Shown piece after piece: positions 50,172 through 61,732 of a stretch of DNA of 64,000 nucleotides (within the stretch, counting starts at the first letter, position 1; each line of letters starts with the position of its first letter). The position numbers and the translations under genes are program-made. The stretch spans positions 16,244,001 through 16,308,000 of the forward strand of contig OZ281499.1 in the NCBI GenBank assembly GCA_965637545.1, read 5' to 3'. Source of the DNA: Phallusia mammillata (taxonomy: Eukaryota). The notes below the pieces were generated by a model. The model worked only from the letters and a program-made list of their open reading frames with translations, did not search any database and was not told where the DNA came from.

Positions 50172-52869
50172 TGCAGCCCAATCCAAATAATTTGTATTTA
50201 CAATCAGACGATTCAAAAAGTCCAAAGACAGATCTTTCCTCAAAACCCTCTCAACACGTCAGAATAAAATGGCTCGTGTAATTTCTACAGTCCCATTAGT
50301 ATATATAATATCTTAGTACGTTCTACTCTCTATCTGGCAAAAAAATAAAGTGTTTGGCTCACATGACACAATAACTCATATTTCGATTAGTTCTTAATAT
50401 TTCGCCACATAAACACAGTTTTCCGGTTTCATAATGGCCTTCGCCACAATATAGCCACAAAACGCGCTTCAGTGACAAGCGCCTACTTGGCTTGTAAATC
50501 ATCTGTCTAAAACAAAACACTGTTGTTAGCTCGTCAATACAGTTTCTTCTCGGCTGCACGCGTCCACAAAACTTTAACTTCTAACGAAAGCGCAGCATCC
50601 TTGTCCGGTATAAACAAATGCAAACTTCTCTCTAAATCAGCGAATCGCAAAGCAGCAACAAACTAAATTGTATTTCTTTGCTCTCACACAGGTCGCTTTA
50701 AAAGCTTTGATTATGCCCCGTCGCTATATTAGTCTGGAAGTCTTAACGGACTAAAGTAAACAGACTGGACATTAACTTGACCGCTAAACTGACCGTCGAG
50801 ACTAATTGCTCGTTTCAAAAATGCCTAATTACTGCTTTATAGACTGCGATGAACTAATTTAAGTATAATAGCAGGCATTTTAAAATAAGTTCATCGTTTA
50901 GTTTCTTGAAACGTTTCTTATGTCCACAATGTTTTAAAGGTTTTTTTCATAGTAATACTTTTGCCAACAAACAAACAAACAGAACAATACGGTTTAAAAG
51001 TATTACCGCTTTGAAAATATTTTGTTCAAAATTATTATCGTTTATGACTAATTACAAATTTTGTTCACATCTTTTTCGGGTCAAAAAAGTACAAAAACGA
51101 AGTACTTTAAATCCATTTTTGCTTGTCTTAACCTGACCAAACGACACCTGTTCAAACTAAAGCTAACCTTTCTTGTTCAACACCAAAATCTTGCCCTTGG
51201 CGTCTGTTCTGTTTTGCATTTTGAGGCATCACGATCGACTTTTCTTATCGGCATCCACGTTTGTTTTATACAAAGGTCGTCAGATGCCTTCAGGCACCAA
51301 ACGCGCGTTTACGCTCCGCAAGAAGTCTGCCACGTTGTGGTGGTGCCATGTTTTGGGGGTCGTCGTTGCGTTATCTTGCCCTTCAAGGTCAAATTCTTGA
51401 GCAATTTGACATGGTTGATGCTTGCCGTGAAGGTCATTACTAAAAATCGCGTTCGCGTGAAATGACTGGAAGTTTGACTGAATACGAAAGTCTCAATTTT
51501 CGTTCTTGAAGATCCAGTTCGAAAGCAATTACAGTTGAACATAGTCCTAAGTGTATTAATTAGGGCGCAATCAACACATTATACCAGAACTTAATTCTAA
51601 ACACTAGGCAAACTATTATGCGTACAACCATACCTATCTCAAAACTTGTAGAAGAGCATGAAAATAATACTGATATCTGAGCGAAGATCGACGTATTGCA
51701 TTGAAACACTTGAATATTGAACATTCGAGAGATGAAATTGATGTAAAACATGCCACTTAGTTTCGTGCGTCTGTTATACGGCGAACTTGTATATTAAACT
51801 ACTTGACTCTCCTAAAACGTGGAAAATCAGTATTAATTAAACCTTTAAAAACGAGGCGACAGTTTTAAGCCAAGTGGGTGTTGATTATACAGCTTTACAT
51901 TTGGCCTAAGATCTATCATTTAGGTAAAACTACGGAAAATCGTTTGCCCAAACCGGTTTTTGCTTCGTGCAGGTAAAATAGCTGAGATGCAGTTTTCGCT
52001 GTGAAATCGGATTTAAGATGGATCAGTCGACTGCGATTGCGACTATTGAATCGTTAATGTTTACGCCCATAAACCACTGCTGTCAAAGCACGATGGTATG
52101 TACTTGTATTCTTTACTGCTGTATGATTACTTGATATGAATTTATGAGTGGTTTGTCGACATGCCACCAGACTTTTGGATTTTTTTTGGCTGTGCATCTC
52201 TGTTGAGTTGGATACTTTATTTTACCTAATTCTAATTTTTCAAGTTTAGAAACACTTAGGTATACATATATCATTGGTTAATTTTATAATAAATCTATGG
52301 CCTGTTGAGATAAAAACGACGTGGCTATGTTTATTTGTTTAGCGTAACGTAATGCTTCTCAACATTTTCAACGCTTTCTCTACATCCCCAATTTTTGGTG
52401 CAAATTAATGACGAGTAGCGTTCCAACTTTTTTACTTCTTTTTAAACAAACATAAAATCGAGCTGCAGGAAGTTGTAAAGCATTAACGAGACCAGGGGGT
52501 TTAAAAGCACTGGTTGAACGTTTGGGCACGTAACTTTTGTCGTGTTTCAGAGCCGAAACTTGTAATCATATACTGCTGCGTTTTCTTAAGTCTTTTTTCT
52601 GTACTGCTCCTCAACAGCTTAGTGATCCATGAAAACCTCCTTGAATATACAAAATTTGTTAGTGGTTGAGCCAAATGACACTAATTACCCAATCACAGAC
52701 TTTCTTGTTAGAAGTACACGCAACTGAAAAAGTACTTATATTGGCCGCTCAAAGTCATATTTCACCAAATTTACTTTGTTCTTGTATTTTGGTCTAACTG
52801 TCCAATTTTTTGCTCTCAGGGTTCAAACTCAAGATGTTTGCGAATCCTAATTAAGGTTTTTATGCCTGT

Positions 52870-53312
52870 AAATGGATCCAGCGAGCAGCGAGCCTGATCA
52901 GGTCAAATTTCTGCCCAACAATGTCTAAATTTTTTTGGGAGATATGAACCCAGGAAACTCCGGGGGACGAATCCCGATCAGAGTTTTTTATGTCTGTATA
53001 TGGGTCAGGCCGGACCATTCGGCCAAGATCCTGCCAGAAATTTCCAATTTCTCTTGGCGCTCCGAAATAATTACAAACGCCTCCAAGTGGACACTTGCGC
53101 CTACTGTAATAACCGTTGTAGGACAAAAAACACTGATTTGTCGGAGTCGCGGGTCAGGCCAGATTTGGGTCGGAGCTTTTTTTAAAAAAAACACATGAGT
53201 CTGAATTACAACTTTGCTATATTGGTTAATTGACACAATTTCACTTTCTTCGCAATTTGAAAAATATTCGGGTGTGGGTCGGGTTCCTGGCCTAAGCCCA
53301 AGAATCTAGGGC
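52870..53312. mobile_element. Decayed non-autonomous DNA transposon with GGGTC(A/G)GG subterminal repeats
   Basis: GC-richer block with repeated GGGTCAGGCC, GGGTCGG and TCGGGT motifs; the short ORFs here have no recognisable product; termini not resolved. Confidence 0.4.
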
Positions 53313-54292
53313 CTAGATCACTTGTAAAGCGTACGATACACACCTAAACCGCTATCTTTGTTTGTTCATGACCACTAAGTGCGATGTCAGCTTCCTTTGA
53401 CAATGAAGGTGAAACATTTCAGGGTAAATGAAACCGTTTCGGTACAGACGCATTGTCTTGAATCCATTGTTAATAGAAGGAGGACTTTTTAAAGCCAGTT
53501 TTTCTCAGTGTTGTTTATTCGAAAACATACATTGTCACAACATAAGATAAATCACGCTAGAATCTTTTATGAGAGAGTGTGCATTAGCTTTTTGTAAAAC
53601 AATGTCGAGGTAGAATGTAAAAAGTGAAACTTATTCATGAGAAAATTATATCCTTACTAGATTGCTGTCAATGGTTTAAATCTCGCATGGGTTTCTGTTC
53701 ATAGGTCTTTACGTATATATATTGTTGGCTTTAATGTGCAAGTTTAGAGCACTAACTGATATTAACATACGTAACGTAACTACTACAGTACACATCAGAA
53801 AAGAGGTAATTAGTTGATTAGCGCAGACTAAATTAAGCAAATGGACATGACATGAAGTTTTTAATTACAAGCAACTCGTGCCCTTACGTACGACACATTA
53901 AGTCGCGTCCTCGGTCCGCAAACTGTTTGCTCAATGTTCATTGGTTAATGATTGAACAATTCGCAAGGTAAATATGGCGATCGTCGACCCCAGAACGGCT
54001 TCGAATAAGTGGTCGGGGCCAGTGCCTTTGAGGACAGTTGTACAACGTGGTATGATGGCACTTGACTGCGACAGCTGATCATTTGAGAGTCTCAAACATC
54101 TAGGCTTGGGGAAATTACTCTCCTGTAGACTATACGTGTGAAAGTAAGACCCTAACTTGTGGGTTTGTAACTTATCTGTTAGGCAGACATAAGAAGTGCT
54201 AGTACAGTTCAGGATAGTCAAATCGAGTTGCTTAAACTGTATTAAAGGTAAATTAAATTGGCAGTGCCACTATTTCGATATTATATGTACAG

Positions 54293-54359
54293 GTTTGTAC
54301 CTAAACAATTGTCCGTAGGTAAACAGCAGTTTGTACCTAAACAATTGCCCGTAGGTAAA
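54293..54359 (+). repeat. Tandem duplication, 31-bp unit with 36-bp period
   Basis: GTTTGTACCTAAACAATTG(T/C)CCGTAGGTAAA at 54293-54323 and 54329-54359. Confidence 0.9.
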
Positions 54360-55243
54360 ACAAACAGTATAGGTTTCAGTTTAGTCTATTGCGATATAAA
54401 ACACATATTATACAACAGCGCTAACAGTATAGTATGAAAGTTTAAGACCCTGATCTTCACTGGACAAAAAAATGGCAGCGCTAACGACAGTTTGTGAAAG
54501 TGCTTAACCTGTATCTGCACTTTACAGTTGAGGTACACTAATTGTAAGAACAGCGTTTAGTGTCGGTACTTAATGCGTTTAACATCTACAACCTGTTTAG
54601 TACCGGCTGTATTAAGTAAAACCGGAAAAGTCTACCTGTAGGTAGCATATAATTGAATAAAGCAGCTAGAGCTACAATGGAACAGCTGTTAAAATTGGAA
54701 TAAATTAGAAACTGTTAACCAAGAAAAGTAACGTATATTTAACAAAAACATTTCAACAAAGGCAATTTTTTATGTACGCCACCAGTAGTAACGAGTAACA
54801 ATGGTAATGTTACACTACAAAAACATTAGCCTCATACATTGGCATTCTGGCGTTGATCCATGGGCGTTGTTTGTTTGTTTGGTAGTATTGTTACTAACAA
54901 ATGGTTCTTACTATTTCGTAGCTGTTTATGAGCTGAATAAAGATTATGCGGTTGGGAAAAGTACAGTAGGCTACACGGTTTTATTTTTAATCCTTGCTGA
55001 GGTGGAAACGACTCGCTCAGCAAACATTAGCTTAAGAAATGTAATTGTGTTGATACAAAGCGTTTTTATTGCTTTGAGCTCGCCTATTTGAACCATTTCA
55101 ATGACTGGCTTGTTACCCTGATTTACCGTCAGTTTTAGCAAAACGATAGTAACCTGTTGGTGATTTTCTTCGAACCTAGGATCAAAAAATCTGAATATAA
55201 AGTTCTGTGTTAAAACATCAGGCTCAATCTTAAGGATTTTGGA

Positions 55244-55285
55244 ATGGCAGATACAATGGAAAACATATACGACGAAGTTGCAGAG
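55244..55285 (+). CDS. CLIC: CLIC long isoform, putative first coding exon (MADTMENIYDEVAE)
   Basis: ATG with upstream in-frame TAA at 55211; phase-0 donor GAG|GTAAGC matches the phase-0 exon at 58280; similar acidic composition. The linkage is inferred. Confidence 0.55.
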
Positions 55286-55808
55286 GTAAGCTACCAATTA
55301 ATTACCAAAGCTTTTTAAGTATAGGGTACTACTGTCTTCTATTGTAATGATTTGAAATAGTACCCTATATACCGTAAGTAACATCACGTCTTTTAGCATT
55401 GTTTTGCAACACTGTTTGTGCAAAATAATCTTGTTTGCTACGTCGGTGAAACGAACATTCCTTTGAATCCTTAGGAAATTTTAAACTGGTTTATAAGGGG
55501 TATTAAATAACTTGCGCCACGCCCATGAATTCAGTTCAACCTTCACCGCTAGATGTCACTCGCCAGTGACGGTTTTTATTCTTCCTCGCCTGACGGCCTA
55601 TTTTAGCAGCCCAATGTAACTTAACCTCTTCCAAACATTTACCTCGTTTTTTTTCACAAAAGCTAGATTAAAGCTTTGACTGAAGTCAAAAAAGGGTCTG
55701 AGCTAGCTAGTTCTTACAGCTGTAAATTACGGTTAAAGATGGTTACTTTTTTATTATTTATCAAAAGCTTTCGTGAACCCCCAGGAAAATGACAAACGAC
55801 TCCTCCGA

Positions 55809-55841
55809 GGGTTGCGACCCACAAGTTGAAAATCCGCACTG
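55809..55841. mobile_element. Degenerate right end of a Charlie-like hAT MITE
   Basis: GGGTTGCGACCCACAAGTTGAAAATCCGCACTG resembles the TIR/subterminal pattern of the intact elements at 1148 and 3749; no partner end found. Confidence 0.3.
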
Positions 55842-58279
55842 TATGAGGACTTGTAAGAAGGATTAGAACGTAAAACAGGCTGTTCTTTAGCACAGGTTGT
55901 TTCTCACGGCGTGACGCATTATTCTAACAATGATATGACTTAAATAAATCTCGCGCTATAACGAGAAACAAAAATCAAATAGCTTACGTATGCACCATCC
56001 CAAACGTGGCAGGGATTGTAAAACGGGAGTTGCTCAAACTAAAAGGGCAAGAGCTACCTGTTACAAGAGCGAGGGGCAACCTCGCCTTCAAGAATATTAC
56101 TATAATAGGCTACTACTTGTTTGACAAACACCGTTCGTTGGCAATGAAATTACACAAGTAGAAAAAGAGTCAACAATGGTTGATGGTTTGATGAGCACAT
56201 TTTATGACATACCAAAGAAATGAGGCGCCAAACGAACTATTTCGATTCCTTACAGACATTGCTCACACGATTAAAAAATCGTTTACTTTTTTGTTCCAAA
56301 CTCAAACTTACTTTAGATTCTGATATAACACCTAATGCGCGGCGCAGGCAATTTAGGTCGTTCTCACATATGAAGTGGTAAAACTATAACGTAACCTACA
56401 CAATTTAATCACGAAAGGTGAAACGGTGTTAAGTTTTGTTTGTACGTTAGCAAAGTGACACAGTTAGACCTGTGCCCACCTGATTACATATACGGAAATG
56501 ATGCGTCACATTAGTGATAAAGATTCTATACCTAACATTAGAATGTTATGTGGTAGGTCGATATACTACCTGCAGGTATTTCTACAAGGAAGTAGCCCAA
56601 CTGATTGATTTTAACTGATCTGTTACAGAGTGTAATGAGGTTTTTAGATATTGGCCCAGGATGATGTATCTAGGTTAGTTTATAACTGTGTGTTGCATTT
56701 TATATCGCCGTTGCAGCATCAAAGGCAAATGTATTGCAATAAGATTTGCGTTACAAACTAATAGTCAGGGAAAGAAAGCCAAAGTCGTGCAAATTCGAAG
56801 AGCATTTGTCGTTAATTAATTAGGTTGTCAGCTTTATTTTTGCACGTCGAACTGAGTTGATCTTTCCGTTCATACATTTTAAGAATACCAATAACTCCAT
56901 CCAAAGGAAATTTGGTATTTGCATTTCTTTTAAACAGTGGAATGATTGTACTTTTAAAGTTATGTTTAGAAAATGATTTATGCTACAGAACGAACACATG
57001 GTTAATAAAAAAAAAACTTGTTTTATACACAACGATTCAGCAGCATTTTTGTCAAATTCATGTGAAAAAAAAACTGATTTCGAAATAAATTTTTGGTGCC
57101 TTTGTGCAAAAACACATACGTTTGATGCAAAAAGAGCAGCAATTTGTCACAATTTTGTAAAATGCCAGTGAAATGCACATAAAAATGCGCAACTAACGCA
57201 TTCAGTTTACAATCTTGTAAGAAACGATTGTCAGTGCATATTGTAAACATTAACTCAATTCAGTTTTATTGCAACTTGCCCTTGCCCCTAACCTTAACCA
57301 AAAAAAATCAGATAATCTCGAACATGGTGGTAATTTCGAACTAATCAGCTGCCTTCGACGTTCCGTTTCGAGCACCATTGCCAATCCCCGTCATGCCGAT
57401 ATAGCTATGACGTCACATGCTTGAAAAAGATCCAAGTATCTTTCCAAATGTTCTACGCGACAACGCCTTTCAGCGCCTTCCAGCTCATGACCGTGATTTT
57501 TTATTTTGAAATTAACTAACATTATCTGCAAACGATAAGACACATTACGCATTAGATACTTGGTAAAAGTTGTGCACAATTTTGAGAATGCAGCAAGGTT
57601 TTTATTCCAAGTTTATCGCACATGTCTGACAGTCATGCCCGAATTCCTGTGTAAAAAAGGGTAAGGTGACATTTACTTAAGTTCACAGCCTAGTCTACAA
57701 ATACCAGTGACAATGAAAAATATGTATGTTGTTTGTTTGAGGGTTCCATACGGACCATACCACATAAAAGCTTAGGACGATATTAGCTTTCATCATTTAC
57801 TATATTCAGTTCTACGGTATTGTTGCTTGTTGTGCAGTGCAAAGGTGGATCTGTTTATGTAACTTTTACTTAAAGAAGGAAAACAAACCTAAATAAAGTT
57901 AAAATTTAGCTAACAAAATAGAAGGAAAGGAAATTGCTCAAAAAAGATAATGTACGAATTGCATTTCATATTTGAACAACACAGGAATACAGCTTACTTT
58001 ATTTAAAGCTTTTGATGTACAACATGATAAAAAATAACACAAACCTCCAACTCAAAAATAGACAAGCACAACAAATTTAAAGATTAGAATTAGTTTGTGC
58101 TTAAAATCCAGACATACTTAAAACTTTATGCATCAAAAATCCCCTTATTTTGTATTATCTATGTTGTTTGCTCAAAATGCATTGATTCGTATTAACCAAG
58201 TTTAACGAAAAAAAGCAATGTGTTTGGTAGTTTATTGACCAACGATGTCAATTAAAAGAATTGCATTTTTTTTTACCAG

Positions 58280-58543
58280 GGTGTTGGTTCGGAGTATGTA
58301 AATGATAACACAGCTGAAGCTGCAGACATACCAAATTCAGAAGTAGATTACATTCACCATTACGAAACTGAAGCTCAGCCAGAAGCTGACTTACCGCAAC
58401 CTCCGGAACATCTGTACGAGTTTGAGACTCACTCCTCTGCATCATCAGCAAGTGGTAAAGAAGAAGCCCCAAAGTCTCCAGTTGGAATTGCTAGCATGGC
58501 TGAATTGGTTGTTCAAGGCATTGAGAATCTAAAAACAGAAGAT
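58280..58543 (+). CDS. CLIC: CLIC long isoform, acidic exon (GVGSEYVNDN...MAELVVQGIENLKTED, 88 codons)
   Basis: Strong acceptor TTTTTTTTTACCAG, donor GAT|GTATGT; open in phase 0; Glu/Asp/Pro-rich. Also has an internal ATG in good context. Confidence 0.8.
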
Positions 58544-58702
58544 GTATGTAACACTAGGTTGTATTGTAGTCCATTCAGATTTTTGTAACTTGAGTCAAAA
58601 ACATAACATGATATTTGTTCTTATATTATGTATTGGTATAACATGCAAGGTATTGATAAATTTAAATGGCAGCTTTTTATTACAATAGAACCTAAATTTC
58701 AG

Positions 58703-58774
58703 GAGGACCCCGAGGTTAAGACAATCAATTGTGAAGGAGAAAAAACAGAAAAGACTATTTTTCTCTTTGTAAAG
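58703..58774 (+). CDS. CLIC: CLIC beta-1 exon variant A (EDPEVKTINCEGEKTEKTIFLFVK)
   Basis: Acceptor AAATTTCAG; ends in LFVK at a phase-0 donor AAG|GTTAAA (weak). Confidence 0.6.
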
Positions 58775-58973
58775 GTTAAAACTCAAATTTTAGTTGACCA
58801 CTGCGACCTGATTTTATTTATTTTAGGATTATTTTGAAATTCTAACCCAGATTTTTGAAAATCTTATTTAAGCATTATTTTATCAGCTTCATAGAAAACA
58901 TGATTCTACAACATCTAAAACTGCATGCAACATTATTTTATTTTTATTGTGTTGATGCATGTTGACTGAACAG

Positions 58974-59078
58974 AAACCAGAAAAGGACAACGCAGTAGTT
59001 GTCAATGGCAATGGTGCCTGTGCAGACAGTGTGTCTTCCAACAAACGACCTGATCCACAAATTGCTCTTTTTGTGAAG
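58974..59078 (+). CDS. CLIC: CLIC beta-1 exon variant B (KPEKDNAVV...NKRPDPQIALFVK)
   Basis: Acceptor GACTGAACAG, donor AAG|GTAGGT; DPQIALFVK matches the CLIC N-terminal motif DPEIELFVK(AG). Confidence 0.8.
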
Positions 59079-61636
59079 GTAGGTTCAGCACTGACAGAAA
59101 CTGGTTTTAATTCAAATTTGTAAATGGCATGTTCACTGCACAAAAAGGGCAACACTGTTTCAAGGTGTATTGTTTGAATAGGTCATTGTTTAGATACTGT
59201 TATCACAATTTGTTGTACCCTTATAGCAGAGTACAACTCAAATGTTTTGAATTTTTGGCAAAAATTCAAAGTTTTCTGCAACAGCAAGGTGCCAATACAG
59301 TAATGTGGTTTTATCTGCAGCTAAATGATTGCTTACTTTAAAAAACTCTGGTATGAGTATGGTGATTGATATAAACATTAAAACATCTAGTAAACCTTTC
59401 TGATTTGGTTACTTGTCATTGATATTTTCACTAGGACAACTGATTGGTAAAGGGTAATTATAACACATTATCTGAAATATGTTGGTTTGGATGAAGTATT
59501 AAAACATTTGATTTGTTCAAAGTGGATGTTTTTCCAAGTTGAATTGATACTATTGGTCTCGTGGTTTCGTAGGTGGCACTTCCCACAAGGGGGTAGTGTA
59601 ATATTTAATAACCAATGTAAAATCATACCTGCAGGATAAAGCTCCTAGTATGTTGTTATTCTTTTTGTATGAAAGCAGACTTTGTTTCTTTACTATGTGA
59701 AAAGTCTATCTTACCTTCTTCAAACATGTTTTTACTTCTCTTGTTCAACTGTTTGTTTCAGGCTTAGTTTACCTACTTTGTTCAATGGTTTTGATGTGAA
59801 AGTTGGCTTGGAGTAGTAAGAGGTAGGGAAGGATCAAAGAGATTTGGAAAATACAGGCAATGACATCCTTTAGGGATTCCCGTGCAGGAAACGTGCATTC
59901 TTATAATCCCTGCAGACAGGTTTCCTTACATTTTCTGACAGTGGTTATTTCCAGTGTGAGAAAGGCAGTAGGGTTATTAATTTACCTTATTACATGTACA
60001 TAGCTACGAAACAAAGGACCGTGATTTCAAACTGGGGCGTCAACGACACAAAAAGGGCAAGGGTGGCGCTCATCAGACGTAAAACCATCCATCAAGTTGT
60101 TAGTTAAAGGAGTTTGCACAAATATTATCAATATTTGTTGCACTTACCGAACCTTCCTTAGTCAAACATCCAGAATCTTCGATTGTTTCCATCATACACA
60201 GTTTGCGCGCTTCAAAATCTTTCGAAACAACATAAACGTGCCGGCAATCCGTTGATCGATGCTAAAACGTTGGAGTACCTTGTACAAACATCGAAAATCG
60301 TTGTTAACAGAGACATTCGGTCCAGAACTAATCAAATCACCGGTGTCTAGCTTAATGATTACCGAGACTTGGTGAGCCACACTTGTATGCCGAAGTTAGT
60401 ACTGTGCACTCCCTGTCAGCACGAAGCCGTCATCATGTGTGCTTCCTATGATGACGACCTTCGTGCTCTTGAATAAATAATTAGATGTCATGCCGTCGAC
60501 CGCCCGGTATATCGCTATGCCTCTTTCGACCGTCGAACTAGCAGCTACGTGCGATATACGAATCGGAACTAATTGCAGTCGCTTTGTTGATTGCAAATAC
60601 ACATGTGTTAGGGCTAACTTGCGAAAATCCGTACGAACAAGTGCACACTTATTCACGAAGTAAAAGTTTCGAGACGTGATGAAGCCGCAGGGCTAGTATA
60701 GGTCACAGCGCTCGGCACGCTGTTAAGTTTCAAGCGCATTCAGTATTGAATAGCCGCAAGGTATTTTCACCGGCAAGGCGATACAGCACCATGCAATCTA
60801 TCAGCTTGTTTAAAAGTCGCCGTGGAAATTGTCAGGTGGTTTGCAGTCGGTGTGGTGTTGGCGTGTAACGTGGCGTTTGATGAAGAATACAATGGTTTAA
60901 TTGCAGCTTTCGTCACAATTGAACATGTCGAAAAGTTGTAGATTAATCCTCGGAGTTATGGCAGTAAGCTGAACGGCAAGTGCTGAATAGGACCCCTGCT
61001 AAGTTGCTTATGTGGGGAGCAGTAGCGCTCTGCCTTGATTTGCTCCGGCCATGCAGAAAATGTTTGCTTTGCTCTTCAATTTTGAAAGGTCCTTCGCCAG
61101 AGCCACAAAACAGCCGCGCCGGCCTCTGTTGGAATTTGTGGCGTTAGTGTGCAAAGATTAGTTTGAAAGTTTCGTTGAGTACTGTCTATTGTCGACGTGG
61201 AAACATCTTCTCCGACTTTTGCTGTGGAGAAGCCAGGATTACTTAAGCAGTGAAGGATAAGGTTTTTATTGCTAAATAACATGTCTAGAATGATGTTTTA
61301 CCACTAAAGGAAGTTCTACTGCAAGCTTATCAAAGATGTTTTGAATTCTTACCAAACGTATGTAAGCTCGTTTAAATACGCTTTACAACTAGATTCCAAA
61401 CAGATTTTGAAAGATTGTAAAATAAAGTGCTATTTTTAAACATAACAAGCATGTTATCACTACGTTTCAAACGTGAAATAGCAATTTTGTCAGCCTTTTG
61501 TTTCAATGTTGTTGCTTAACTAGGACTGTAGGACGTAGTTTTAAGTGCAACTGTGGTGCAAGGGTTTAGGTTTTGCTTTGTTGGCCACTCTGTCTGTTGG
61601 TCATTGAACCGAAACTGAAACATCAGGCAAGCGAAA

Positions 61637-61732
61637 ATGAGTGAAGAAAATGCTCCAATGGAAGTTAGACCAGACTGTGATGGTCAAACATCTCTTAGTG
61701 ACCGTAAACATGTAATAAACTTGTTTGTCAAG
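61637..61732 (+). CDS. CLIC: CLIC short isoform, first coding exon (MSEENAPMEVRPDCDGQTSLSDRKHVINLFVK)
   Basis: ATG in AAAATGA context; ends in INLFVK at a phase-0 donor AAG|GTAAGC. The exon expected next (AG...G.CPF) was not found, so it should lie beyond 64000. Confidence 0.8.

Noticed and set aside
51261-51443. GGAMFWG as a Tc1 transposase (GGGSVMVWG) remnant
   Set aside because: Flanks show no DDE-domain similarity and there are no TIRs.
56125-56223. Acidic peptide ending FYDIPKK as an extra CLIC exon
   Set aside because: Bounded by stops, with no acceptor or donor.
57635-57660. ATG exon MPEFLCKK with a GTAAGG donor as CLIC exon 1
   Set aside because: Ends in phase 2 and hits a stop early in the 58280 exon; at most a non-coding or uORF exon.
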